NCBI RefSeq assembly: GCF_009914755.1
Contig: NC_060935.1
From: the human T2T-CHM13v2.0 reference genome, Homo sapiens
Strand: one strand, 5' to 3'
Length of the DNA: 64,000 nt
Part shown: positions 14,778 to 29,257 of the stretch, piece by piece
How positions within the stretch are numbered: the stretch's first letter is position 1
Layout of the letters: each line of letters starts with the position of its first letter
The notes under the pieces: model-generated
Told to the model about the DNA's origin: nothing
Databases searched by the model: none
The model's input: only the letters and a program-made list of their open reading frames with translations
Translations under genes and position numbers: made by a program

Positions 14778-16404
14778 ATTTAGAGCTGAGACTCAACGAT
14801 GGTGCCTTCATTATTGTTCCCCAGCGCCCAGCACAGTGTCTGACATATAATAGGCATTCAACAAATATTTGTGGAATGAATACATTTTTTTCCACTGTCT
14901 CCCTGAGGCTTTAAATGTCTGGGAAGCTGCCCTTCTCCATAAAAGAATCCCATTCTCTATCTTTTTTATCGCCATCATATTTACCACAACTTGGTGCTGA
15001 CAATCTCCTCTTCATAGACTCCCTGTTTTCCCCTTGAATACCCTCCATTTCCACAGTGAGTGTCTCTCCCCTGGATCTCAACCTTTTCCATTAACTCCAT
15101 GCACTGCACAGCCTGTTCCGGGACATCAAACTTTAATTTAAACAGAAAATGATCAATAAGCTTAGCAAATTGCCCATGGCAACCTATGCTGAGTGAATCA
15201 AAGAGTTTTATAGGTAATTTAAAGGGTGTCTTCACTCATCCCTCAAGGTAAAGCTTAGCACATTGACAAGAGCCCTTTTCCGCCCTGGCTCAGGAAGCTC
15301 TGGAAGGAAATGGAAGAGAAAGGACTTAGGTCCTGGGGTTGGAGGAGGCTGGGCCAGGAAGGAAAGATCTGTCTTTTAGGATTAAAAGCTTCTAAGAAAA
15401 AAACACTGACATTAGATATCGAACCCTGTGTGAGTTGGGGGGTTTTGGATTGCAGAAAACAGAAATAGACTCTGGATAACTTTAGAAAATAAAAATAATT
15501 CCACTCTATAGGGTGTAATTGAAGAAAAAAGCAAATAGCTGGGTCTTATATTAGCAACCAGGGCTGCTTTCTCATAGGTGCTGTTTAGGGATGTATCTGC
15601 GCTGCTTTCTCTGTGTCTTTTGATTCAAGATTCGTATTCCAAGTAAACATCTGAGCAGCCTCACTGGGTTCCAGTCATGGCCTTCCCTTGGCCCGAGGGG
15701 AAAGGTGCCTGATGGAAAGTCTCACCAAGAATGTAAGTGGGAAGAGAAGAACAGCAAGGTGAGGAGTTACTGAGGAAGGGAGTGGTGAAGCAGGACTGGC
15801 AAACACATGTTTCTACTAAGGAACACTTCTGATGTTAAGAGTTATTTTTTTTCCAAACGAGAGCAGCCAATTTGTCAGAATATATGAGTATTTATGAGAT
15901 CCTGGGGTCCATGCAGGACTTTGAAGGACCATCAAGCACATAGCCTGTTTATGTGCCCAAGCCAGGGAGCTATTGTTTTCTAAGAATATCCCCAGCCTCC
16001 TCTGAGAAGATTGTCCACTTCTAACTCCTTACAAACAAGGCATTCTTCTTTCTTTCCAGGGTGACATTAGAAATATTTGATGACTGGCATGCCACAGGCA
16101 TGGACTAATCAAAAGAACAGCTGTAAAGAGCACAGAAGACCAAACTGGTCCATGCCACTGATCATCAGTCTAGTGTCTCCTGAACTCAAGTAGGGCATTG
16201 AAAGCCCATTCCTTCTAATCTGCACAATGAATGTCTAGAATGGCTTCTCTTTCCTTGGGAGAAGTACTGGGGTCTTCTTTCCTGAGTTTCACAGACTCAG
16301 AGCTTTGTCAGTGACTTCAGAATTTAGTGTGGGAACAGTCGGATGGATCTAGCCTTCTGAACAGGGCTGCAGTTATGCCATGCAGTCTACTACTTTCTCC
16401 TGCC

Positions 16405-16975
16405 TGTTGGACTCTGGAGCCAGACTGCTTGAGTTTGAAACCCAGCTCTGTGACCTTGATCAGTTTACCCTTTCTGAGCCTATCTTTCATGTGTAAATGG
16501 GAGCTAATAGTAGACCTGTGATATGGTTTGGCTGTGTCCCCACCAAATCTCGTCTTGAATTGTAGCTCCCACAATTCCCATGTGTTGTGGGAGGGACCCA
16601 GTGGGAGTAATTGAATCATGGGGGTGGGTCTTTCCCATGCTATTCTTGTGATAGTGAATAAGTCTCATCAGATCTGATTGTTTTATAAAGGGGAGTTTCC
16701 CTGCACAAGCTCTCTTCTCTTGTCTGCTGCCATGTGAGACCTGCCTTTCACCTTCCTCCATGATTGTGAAACCTCCCCAGCCACGTGGAACTGTGAATCC
16801 ATTAAACCTCTTTCTTTTATAAATTGCCCAGTCTCAGGTATGTCTTTATCAGCAGCATGAAAACAGACTAATACAGCCTACCTCATAAATGTTGTAAGAA
16901 TTAAATAAATTAAAGCTTACAAAGTACTTAGTCTTATGCCTTATTAATAGTTAGCACTCAATAAATGCTAGATGT
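16405..16975 (+). mobile_element. MIR interrupted by THE1 LTR
   Basis: ggactctggagccagactgc...tgtgaccttg...tgtaaatggg, resumes cctacctcat...gcactcaataaatg. Confidence 0.8.
16519..16875 (+). mobile_element. THE1 (A/B) solo LTR
   Basis: tgatatggtttggctgtgtccccacc...tctttatcagcagcatgaaaacagactaataca, 357 bp. Confidence 0.95.
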
Positions 16976-17823
16976 TCTTACTAATATTATTAATATTTAT
17001 CTTCTAAAAACATCCAGGGCAGAGTGTCCTAGAACCAAAGAACTGGGTTCCTTGAGAAGATCAGTGTTGAAAGATTCTTTGGAAACCAATGGATCTAATC
17101 CTTTCCTTGAATAGAAGGGGCACTGAAGCTCTCACTTGCCTGAGACCACATAGCCAGTTAATGGAGCATCTTGACTGTGATCCAGCCTGCTGCAGTGAAG
17201 GCAGCCTGTGTGCATACAGTAGCCTAGTCAGTACCTGTAGGGGTGGCGTCAGAGGCCTGAGAGGCCTGATAATGGAACCTGCCTCACCATTGGCTGTGCA
17301 TTGCATCCAGCCACCCTGGCACTCCCTGCCACCCTTGGGGGAATGAGGAGGGAAGGCCAGGTGGGGAGTGCAAGACCCCAGAGTAAAGAGTCAGAGATCC
17401 TGGCTTCTCACCCTAATCTTGCTTTATGCCAGCCTCCTCCTGATGGGAGTAACAGGCATTTCTGACCACCTTTATTCAGCTCAAAGTATTTTCATATACC
17501 CTATCTTTTTGCTTAATCTTCACTCTTCCTGTGTGATAGGTGTTATTAGTCCATTTAAAAATGAGACAGAGGATGAGTGATTGGTACTTAATCCATTTTT
17601 TAAAAAATCTTTTCTTATGAAAATTTTCAGACATGTATAAAAGAAAAGAAAATAAGACCATAAATTTCCATTTATCCATTCACAGCTTCAATAATTATTT
17701 ACAGATGGCCATTCTGGTTTCACCTATACTCCCCTCCCTCACTCTTTCTCTTCCACTATAGAGCAAATTCCAGACATCATATGACTTCATCCATAAATAT
17801 GTCTGTAAATGATAAAAACTCTC

Positions 17824-18459
<636 letters not shown>

Positions 18460-18727
18460 CTATAAATTTTTTATATCAAGATGTAGCTGCTCCTTTTTTA
18501 TGGTTCTTACATAATATCTTAATTGTTTTCCTAGAATAGTAGTAATTATTATTTTCACTTAACATAGTATCATAAACATTTCCTATGTCATTAAATGTTC
18601 TTCTAAAATGTAATATTTAAGCATGCATGATATTAATAAATCAATTAATTTATGGAGCCGATCATTATTTTAGATATTTATGTTATTTCCACATTTTTAA
18701 CATTAAAAAGTGCTTCAAATAAATGTC

Positions 18728-19262
18728 TGTGATAGACAGCTCAGTGTCTTCAAATATCCATTCTCCTCTTATTCTTTGGAATGAGACCCCAATTTTACTT
18801 GGTGTGACAAAAGATAAGCTAAAAAAATTTCATTTCCCAGCTTCTTTTGCAATGTACTGAGGCCAGGTGAATACATCAGCCAGTGAAAACTAAGTAGAAA
18901 TGTAAGTGGGACCTCAAGAAAGGCTGTTCAGAGATAACTGACTCAGCCAGGAAGTGCTCTGTTTTTGCCCTCCCCTTCCTCTTTCTACTGCTGGGAATGC
19001 ACGCAGAGTGGCTAGGGGTCCAGTGCCATCTTGAACCATTCAAATGGAAACCACACTTCCATTCTGCACATTCCACTTTCTTCTGCTCAAGGTGATTGAG
19101 CAAAGGAAAGAAAGAGCTTGGATCTCTGATGTCCCCAGAGTCAGGATGTTTACCCCTGGACCTCCTTTATGTGACAAAGCAATAGATCAATAGATGTCTC
19201 TCTTACTTAAGCCTCTGTTACCGGAATTTTCCTTGGTATGCAACTGAATCTACTTCTAATGG
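18728..19262 (+). mobile_element. MLT1J-like LTR
   Basis: tgtgatagac...ccattctcctctt...catttcccagcttc; ends cttaagcctctgtt...tgcaactgaatct. Confidence 0.65.
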
Positions 19263-19822
19263 AATCTTTGCACATGTGCATGATTATTGTATGTAGCACT
19301 TCAAATTATTACCTTGTATTATAGATATTTATGTTCCTATCTCACCCGTCTTATTGATCTGTAAGTTCCTTGAGGACAGGGTATTTTTGTTTGTTTGTTT
19401 GTTTAATATTTTATCTTCTTATCCCACATAACACCTATCTAAGTTCCTGGCACAAAATATAGGTTTAAAAACATTTTTTTAAAAAAATGAATGAGCACAT
19501 AAATGTGGGAATGTGTGACCTTGAGCAATTGATTTTACTTAGCCAAGACTCGGCATTCTTAATTTCAAAAGAAGGTACAAATTCCTACTACAGGTGCTTT
19601 TGAGAAAACTCAGTAACCTGTTATTGAAAGATCCATGAAAACTATACAAAATAAAGGTTTATCGTGAAGGAGGACAGGAGAGCCGAGTGATGAGAAGGTC
19701 TCGAGATTGGGAACACGCGGGTCTTCACAAGGGACAGCAGGAATGTCGTGGAGCTGGGGTAGAGTCATTGAGTGGAAGAGGAGCAGCATGAGGTTGGAGA
19801 GGGGTCTTGCAGGTGATGGTGA

Positions 19823-20230
<408 letters not shown>

Positions 20231-20656
20231 TAATACATGGTAATTGTCATTATTGTTGTTGTTTTTACTGACAGGGTGGTATAGTTGGAAGAGAATGGAA
20301 CCAGAAGTCAGAAAAATAGGGTTCCACTCTTGGTGCTGGAAGTTTCCAATCTCACTAGCCAAGTGAAGATGTGGAAAACACAAGCCCAAGGAAGTGACTG
20401 CCAAACTTATGAAAGCCTCAGAACCGTTTGCTCAAATGGAATATTTCATGAGAAGTCAAACATGTCAAATAGATGCAAGTGGCGTGACTGTGGTAGGGGA
20501 GTGGGTGGGAGTCTTGAACACCATTGCTGCCGCTCAGCTGTCTCTTCCTTTCCACAGTGGCCCCTCAGGGGGCTTCTCAAGGCACTATTTAAAAACCGCT
20601 AGACATATGCTGAAGGCCATTAGTCATTAGGGAAATGCAAATCAAAACCACAATGA

Positions 20657-20985
20657 TGCAGAGCACAGACGATTTTTAAGGCAGTGAAACTATTCTGTAT
20701 GATACTACAATGATGGATACAAGTTATTGTATATTTGTCAAAACTCACAGAATATCCCACACCAAGACTGAACCTGAATGTAAACTATAGGCTTTGGTTG
20801 ATTATGCTGTGTCAATGTAGGTTCATCAAGTGCAACAAATGTACCACTTTTGGTGCATATGTCAACAGTGGAGAGGTTGTGCATGTGTGGGGACGGGGTA
20901 TTTGGGAACTCTCTGTACTTTCCACACAATTTTTATGTAAAACTAAAACTGCTCTAAAAAAATTAAGTTTACCAATTAAAAAAAG
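20657..20985 (+). mobile_element. L1MC1/2-like 3' end
   Basis: ggcagtgaaactattctgtatgatact...aatgtaaactat...caatgtaggttcatc...ggaactctctgtactttc...aaaactgctctaaaa. Confidence 0.8.
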
Positions 20986-20990
20986 CACAA

Positions 20991-21261
20991 TATGTTCTCT
21001 CACTCATAAGTGGGTGTTGAACAATGAGAACACATGGACACAGGGAGGGGAACATCACACACGGGGGCCTGGCGGGGCGTGGGGGGCAAGGGAAGGGAGA
21101 GCATTAGGAGAAATACCTAATGTAGATGATGGGTTGATGGGTGCAGCAAACCACCATGGCACGTGTATACCTATGTAACAAACCTGCACGTTCTGCAATG
21201 TATCCCAGAACTTAAAGTATAAAATAAAATAAAATAAAAAACTTAAAAAAGCATTAAAAAA
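20991..21261 (+). mobile_element. L1PA 3'UTR fragment (primate)
   Basis: tcactcataagtggg...aacaatgagaacacatggacacagg...aaacctgcacgttctgca...agaacttaaagtataa plus A tail. Confidence 0.93.
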
Positions 21262-22095
21262 ACACACAATAAGATACCAATTCATACTCACTAGGGTAGC
21301 TATAATTAACACTTAAAAAAACAAAACAAGAAATAGAAACCAAAGAGTTAGCAAAGATGTGATGAAATTGGTTGAACCCCCCATGCATTGCTGGTGGAAA
21401 TGTAAAATGGTTCAGTCACTCAGGAAAACAGATTGGCCTGGCCAGTCCTCAAACAGTTAAACATAGAATTAACATATGACCCACTCAGTCTACTAGCAGG
21501 TATATGCCCCAAAGAAGTTAAAACAGGTATTCAAACAAAACTTGTACACCAGTGTTCATAGCATCACTATTCACAATAGCCCAAAGGTAGAAACAATCTG
21601 AATGTCCATCCACAGATGAATAAACAAAATGTGGTATGTCCGTAAAATGAAATATTATTCCTCAATAAAAAGGAATAAAGTACTGATAGGTGCCACGGCA
21701 TGGATGAACCTTGAAAACATTATGCTAAGTCTCACAAGCCAGAGACAAAATGTCACATACCGCATGATTCCATTTATATGAAATATCTAGAACAGGCAAA
21801 TCCACAGAGACAGAAAGCAGATTAATGGTTAGCAAGAGCTAGAGGAATGAACAGACAAGGTGTAAATGTGGCATAAACAGGGGTGGGTACTGATGGTGCC
21901 ATAATGGAAGGCCCTGGAAATTCACCAGACTCCATCACTGGGAGTAACGAAGACAATTATATCGCTGGAGGATTAAGTTGTGAGCTATTTCTAGTCAAAT
22001 CCAAAGGGTTGGGCTCTTTGTTGCCAACAAAGGTTAAAACAAGACACCATCCAGGGATCCAAGGGATAGGGAAGGACCGGTTGAGAACTCTAGAC

Positions 22096-22411
22096 CTGTG
22101 CTGTCTAATACGGTGGTCACTAGCCACATGTAGCCATGAAGCACTTAAGATGTGGCTAGTCTGAATGGAGATATGCTATAGTGTAAAATACACATCAGAC
22201 TTTGGAGACCGAATATGAAAAAAAGAATGCAAAATAGCTCATTTACCATTTTATATTGATTGTGTACTGAAATAATATTTTAGATGTATCGAGTCAAATA
22301 AATATATGGTTAAAACTAATCCTGCCTGTTTCTTTTTACTTTTTTACTTGGCTACTAGAAGTTTTTATATTGCATGTGTAACTCACATTATATTTCTGTT
22401 GGACAGCATTG
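22096..22411 (-). mobile_element. MER33 hAT-Charlie MITE
   Basis: ctgtgctgtctaatacggtggtcactagccacatg...attatatttctgttggacagca. Confidence 0.85.
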
Positions 22412-23944
22412 CTTACTGAATCATTGCTCCTCCAGGGCAGAGGTGGTGCTATCCAGGGGCTTTAGAGGCAGAGACCACCCAGCCTAAAGCACCATGTGGG
22501 TATTAAAGCTTCCCAAATGGTAGCTGGGAAAATGTGGGCATATCTTGTCCCAACACAGCACAACCCACAGAATCTATTAAGCAAATCAAATTTTGCTTGT
22601 GTCCTGGATACAAACACAGTTGAATCCAAAACTTAAAGTCTTTTAAAGCAACTCAATTTTCTCAAAAGGACCCTATGTCCATAAAAATAGCATCAGTGGA
22701 GGGGTGAGTCCCCACCATGCCCCTCCCTGACCCCCTAGTATGTCTCCCAGAGTCCCAGAAAGGGTAAATGGAATAGAATTTTCAAAACACTTGAAAACAG
22801 CCAGAAAAACCATGCAATGTTTCTTCTGTGGCAGAGTAAAGATTGCGCATTTTTTAACAGGATAGAAAATAAAAACAAAGATCCATACAGCCAGTCCCTC
22901 AAACCACCATTTTAGTCATAGTCTGCCTGAGCTTTTGGCTGGGTTACAAAATGAAATAAATCCCTTTATAATCCCTCACTCTGGCTCCAAAATATATTTT
23001 CACAAGCATCAGAGCAGACCCTTTGGGCATTTCTTCCTAGAAATGCTCATCTTTACTCCAACTCTTTTTTTCTGATCATATCCTTTTACAAAATAGTGAA
23101 CTGAAATGATTCTTGTGCAGGTTATATCAGATGGGGATGGGGAGAGGCGAGATGTGGGCAGTGGTGCAAACAGAAATCAGCCTCACAAGCTCAACATCAC
23201 TCCCAGACTCTCCATAATCCTCCCCAGATCACACACTTTGGTTGGTTTCTCCTTCCACCAAACACACTAAATTTCCCATTTTCTGCCTAGCTACATTCTC
23301 TTGTGTTGTTTATTTAATATTTGAGTTGTTACTTAACACTTCACACCGCTTGTAGGGTCTTTGAAGAGTATGATACTTTCCCTTAACCTCCACCCCTATA
23401 CCTAGCTCAGTATGACTTCACAAAACACTCAATAAAAATTTGTTGAAAATTTGTTGAATGAAGTTGAATCTGATATTTGCCAACTGCGATAAAATAGAGA
23501 AAATCAATGTCAGCTTTTCCAGCTAGAAAGAGAAACAGGACAGCTATATAAAATGATCTGTAGGAAAAATTGCATCCAACACTTTACTTTCAGCTCTCCA
23601 AAGGAGGCTGTTATAACAATGGACTATAAATACTGGGTGAATGCTGTATCTGTAAAGAAGCAATTCTAACAGTGGGCTGGAAGAGCCAAGAAAATCCAGC
23701 TTCTTCTCCCTGTGTATATACACAGGTGCGCCGTGTGGAATGAAATCCACTTAACTCGATTTTATGGACAGTGATTCATGCAAACTCAGTTCTAAACTGC
23801 TCAGCACGGCTCAGTTAAATAAATTACAGCAAGAGTAAGCCAGCCAGCAGTAAGGCAGAAGACAGAAAATAAACTTGAGGTCGAGGATTGAAATTTTAGG
23901 AGTTCTCAATATGCCAGAATCATCTTTCTTCTGGGAGTTCTGAA

Positions 23945-24100
23945 GGGATCTTAGAGATCCTTCAAGGTCAAGGCCCTGATTTGACATATGGGGAAACTGA
24001 GGCCCAGAGGGAGAGGATTGACTATATGTCCAAAGTCACTTGGAGAGTAACAGACAGGGTCAGGGCTGCTGGATCCCAGGTCAGAGCATTTTTCCATCTT
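23945..24100 (-). mobile_element. MIR fragment
   Basis: atggggaaactgaggcccagagg...ccaaagtcac. Confidence 0.6.
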
Positions 24101-24723
24101 CTCGGGATCTTGAATGTCTTGTTCACTGTCACAATGCAAGGCACACTCAAGAAACCAATGGATGACTAAATCTACTAGGCTGGGATGGCCAGAGGCAGCC
24201 TGACAGAAGAGGAAGAAAGATCTGAGAAGCTTACCCTCTAGAAAGAAATGGGAATTCCTTCTGTGGGGATGGAATGTGTAGGGATGGAAGAACACTGCTC
24301 CAAACAGCCCTCCCTAGATCTCCAGCTTTCCAGTCCCCACCTGGGAGCGGCACAAGCAGCTCCATACTGTGGCCTCTTCAGTTGCTCTGTGACAGGCCTG
24401 CCACAGTTCTCCAGTCCCTCCCATTAGTGGCATCACCTAAGGGCCTCTGGAGCAATAGCATCACTGCCCAGGTGTGCTGATGCATCAGCAGGGAAGACCT
24501 GGCCTCACTAACCCCTCAGCACCCACTGGCGCTGAGCACACATTAGGACTTAAGTGACATTTTTGGGAGTGTTCTGTGAGATAACACTGCATCCTTATAA
24601 TAAATTATCCATGCCTTTTTTCCCCCAGGCTAGCATGAGTTGTTTTTTTAATTTGCCATGAAAAGATTCTTACACAAAATAAAGGATCTTAGCAACTGGG
24701 AAAAATGGATAGATACATTTAAG

Positions 24724-25538
<815 letters not shown>

Positions 25539-26249
25539 GAAGAGTGTAAAGGAATAAGAAAAAGTCCAAGAGTATGGAACATTGTTTAGCTGGTGTGTAC
25601 AGTGGGGGATAGTGGAATGCCGGTGCAGTCTGTAGGTTCCAGAGGCTGGGAGCCTAGGGGTGTTGGCAAAGGTGGCCTGTTGCAGAGAAACATTGCCTCT
25701 TTTGGTCTACACTCGGGCCAGCTCCGGGAGGAGGCCCTCATATAAGATGAGGAGGCTGACATAGGAAACAACCAGCCTGCCCTGGGAGTGTCCTTTCTCA
25801 GCCCCATGTCAGTCACAGAAGAGTCATAAGCATTAAGTGGCAAGGGAGCCACTGAAGTCTTTCAAATGCTCCCACCTGTGGAACCTGGACTCTGGGTTGC
25901 AGGGGACAGAAATCCAACTCAACTAGTGTAACCAGCACGCGAACAACACAACACGTAACTTGTGACCAAAATGAAACTTTATTTCTCTCAGCCCCTTTAA
26001 AGTTTATTTAGCAAGGGATGGTGACATCACACTATTCCTGAGTGGCCCAACAGCACAAGTCTGGCTGTTGAATAAAACTGTGTCCCCATATGCTCGTGGA
26101 GCATAAGTCTCACGTGCTTCCATAAACAGACACTTTCCAAAGTGGCAACATGACATTTCACTGTGCTGAAGCCAAGTTGTGCCCGAGTCTATCCAGCATT
26201 TCATGACCTACCAGGTTAGTAGTCCATGCATTGGACATAGCCACGGCAG

Positions 26250-26773
26250 TATGTATTATCTATCATCACAATCGTGCTGCGAAACAAATAACACAGCACT
26301 TCAGGAACATCTAACAGTTAACATTCTGCTCATGAGTCTGCAGGTCAGCGGGGCAGTTTCACTGGGCTTAAGAGTGGTCACATATGCATCTACAGTCAAC
26401 TGTCAGTTTGCTTAGGGAGCTTGGCTGACCTTGGCTGCTCTGGGCTGTCTCACATATCTGGGGCCTTGACCTGGCTTTGCTCCTGATGTCTCATCCTCCA
26501 CGACAGAAGCAAGAGACAGCTGGGCTTGGAGCTAGCACCATTGTCATTTACACCGCTTTCTATCGGCCAAGACAAATCACGAGGTCAGCTGGGCTTGGAA
26601 CTAGCACCATTGTCATTTACACCGCTTTCTATCGGCCAAGACAAATCATGAGGTTCAAGGGGTGGGGATATAGTCTTCACCTCTCAATGGGAGGAGCTGC
26701 AAAGGAAATTGCAAAAGACCTGGGAATAGGGGAAAGGAAAGAAGGAGAGCCACTTTGGAGATCAGTCTACCAC
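26250..26773 (-). mobile_element. Old MLT1 LTR
   Basis: Reverse MLT1-like tgctgcgaaacaaa...gctcatgagtctgcaggtcagc...ttctatcggccaa...cacctctcaatgggaggagctgcaaa...ctaccaca. Confidence 0.6.
26517..26654. repeat. 69-bp tandem duplication (2 copies, 67/69 identical)
   Basis: 26517-26585 versus 26586-26654. Confidence 0.97.
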
Positions 26774-26884
26774 ATAGCATTTCCCACCCAGCAGCAAAAT
26801 ACATTTGATACATAAAATTTAGAAGCATGCCCAGAAAAGGTTTGCAGTACTCCAGAATGCCAAAGTACACAGGTTGAGAACCAT

Positions 26885-27120
26885 TAGCATACTGGTTAAG
26901 AATTGGGACTATAGTGTCAGACATCTGCATTTCAATTCCTCCTCTACCACTCCTAGATGACCTTGGGCAAGTTCTCAACCTTTCTAAGATTCTTCACCTA
27001 AAAAGTGAGAAAAATAATAGCATCTATATGACAAGGTTGTGAAGATTAAATGGTAATATCTGTTATAAAGTGCCTAACACATGGCTTCCCACATAATAAG
27101 TGCTCAATAAATAGCAATGA
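26885..27120 (+). mobile_element. MIR
   Basis: tggttaaga...tgaccttgggcaagtt...gtgaagattaaatg...gtgctcaataaat. Confidence 0.75.
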
Positions 27121-28113
27121 TAATTATTATTAGTTTCATAATAAGGTGCCAAAGCAGGAACTGGAGTGTCTGGATTCACCCTGATACTGTCATCACCTTC
27201 AATCCATTTAGCTCACCCTCAGGAATGCCACCAAGTTTTGGTAAAGGTAGGCTCATAAAAGGAAAAAAAAAGCATCAGTCTCTATAGTAATTAATTAAGT
27301 ATATGTCCCTATGTGCTTTCCAGTTTGCCCCCAGAGTATCATAGTTTTGAAGTGTGCTGGCATTCACAGATAATCTCAGATGTGGCCAAAGATTTAGCCA
27401 CAAGAATTTTCAGCATATCATTGCCAATAATGGTGAAAAATTGGAACCCACAGAAGATTGGCTAAATAATAATACCTTATATGATTGAATACAATGTAGC
27501 TATTAAATATGATGTTGTAGGATATTTAATTACATAGAAAGATGCGGATGATATGTTGCTTAGAGAGAACAGCAAGGAACTGCACATAGGGTAATGGGCT
27601 TTTTTGATTCTCCCACATTGCCTAGCACAGCTGTAAGTGCAGCATGAGGGTTCTATAATTCCTTATTGGTCAATACCAGAACTTCAGGAAGGTGGACGTT
27701 TAGGCAATCTCCTCTTCCATTGAAGTATCATTTTTCTGACTTCAACCATGTGGTTCTTCAATCTTTATCACATTCTAAATCCAATCATTAATAAACATAT
27801 GAAGTGTTCATCCTCATTAATAGTCAAGGACAAGCAAATCAAAACAACTCTGAGATACCACTACACACCCACCTAAATGGCTAAAATTTAAAAGACTGAC
27901 AATACCAAGTGTTGGTTAGGAAGTGGAGCAATGGCAACTCACATACACCCTTTTGAAATTAGTTTTGCTGAAGCTGTAAAAATTGAGTGTTTATACATTG
28001 TGTATATGACCCACAAGCCCACTTTTAGTTGACGCTCGACAGAAATGTGTGTGCGTGTACTCTAAAATACACACACAGGAATATTTATGGCAGCATTATT
28101 TAGAACAGCCACG

Positions 28114-28419
28114 GGCCAGGTGTGGTAGCTCACACCTATAATCCCAGCACTTTGGGAGACCAAGGCAGAAGGATTGCTTGAGGCCAGGAGATTGAGACCA
28201 GCCTGGGCAACATAGTGAGACCTGATCTCTACAAAACACAAAAAATTAGCTAGGTATGGTGGCATACACCTGTAGTGGTAGGTACTTGGGAGGCTGAGGT
28301 GGGAGGATCCCTTGAGCCCAAGAGTTGGAGGCTGCAGTGAGCTATAATTTTGCCACTGCATTATGGCCACAGAGCGAGACTCTTTCTCTTAAAAACAAAA
28401 CAAAACAAAACAAAAAAAC
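28114..28419 (+). mobile_element. AluJ
   Basis: Dimeric Alu, (CAAAA)n tail; TSD agaacagccac. Confidence 0.93.
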
Positions 28420-28830
28420 AGAACAGCCACAAACTGGAAACAATCCATATGTCCATTTATAATAAAATCGTTAATGTCCATTTGTAATAAAATTGATAAC
28501 TTGTGTTATACGCATACAGAGAATTCTCTGTCATAATGAAAATGAATGAAGTATAGCTATAAGCAACAAAACAAAGTGGAACAAAATAAGCCAAATATTA
28601 AAATATATACCCTCTCATAAACTGTATTATATACTTTCATTTATATAAAGTTTAAACACCTAAAACTAAACTATAGTATTAAAAGTCAGGATAGCAGTTA
28701 CTTTGGGGAGGAGAGAGGAAGCAGTGATTAGGTGGAACTCTTGAAGTGCTGGAGGTTCTGGGGTGCTGGTAATAACCTATTCTTGATCTGGATGGTAGTC
28801 GCATGGTGTTTGCTTTATGAAAACTCATGA

Positions 28831-29127
28831 GGCCGGGCACGGTGGCTCACGCCTGTAATCCCAACACTTTGAGAGGCCGAGGTGGGCGGATCACTTGAGA
28901 TCAGGAGTTCGAGACTAGCCTGGCCAGCATGGTGAAACCCCATCTCTACTAAAAACACAAAAATTGGCCAGACAAGGTGGCAGGCGCCTGTAGTCCCAGC
29001 TGTGCAGGAGGCTAAGGCATGAAAATCATTTGAACCCCCGAGGCAGAGGTACAGTGAGCCGAGATCATGCCACTGCACTCCAGCCTGCAACAGAGACCTC
29101 TCAAAAAAAAAGAAAGAAAAAAGAAAG
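28831..29127 (+). mobile_element. AluS
   Basis: Dimeric Alu; TSD gaaaa(c/t)tcatga. Confidence 0.93.
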
Positions 29128-29200
29128 AAAATTCATGAGCTATACACTTAATAAGCTGTGTACTTTCTAGGTATGTGGTATACTTTACAATACAATGTTT

Positions 29201-29257
29201 TCATATAATAAATTTAAAATGGATCATATAATACATTTAAAATGGATCATATAATAA
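29201..29257. repeat. 23-bp tandem repeat, about 2.5 copies
   Basis: Unit tcatataata(a/c)atttaaaatgga. Confidence 0.9.

Larger units (their letters stand above)
20607..21850 (+). mobile_element. L1MB-like ORF2-end/3'UTR fragment (outer element of a nest)
   Basis: cattagtcattagggaaatgcaaatcaaaaccacaatg, resumes agatacc...gctggtggaaatgtaaaatgg...catggatgaaccttgaaaacattatgctaag. Confidence 0.85.
27788..29200 (+). mobile_element. L1ME-like 3' fragment hosting two Alus
   Basis: gcaaatcaaaacaactctgagataccactacacacccac...aagactgacaataccaagtgttgg...; 3' end gagctatacacttaa...tatacttt. Confidence 0.8.

Noticed and set aside
26477-26815. 112-aa ORF with an internal repeated peptide
   Set aside because: The repeat reflects the 69-bp (3x23) DNA duplication inside an MLT1 LTR; no coding evidence.
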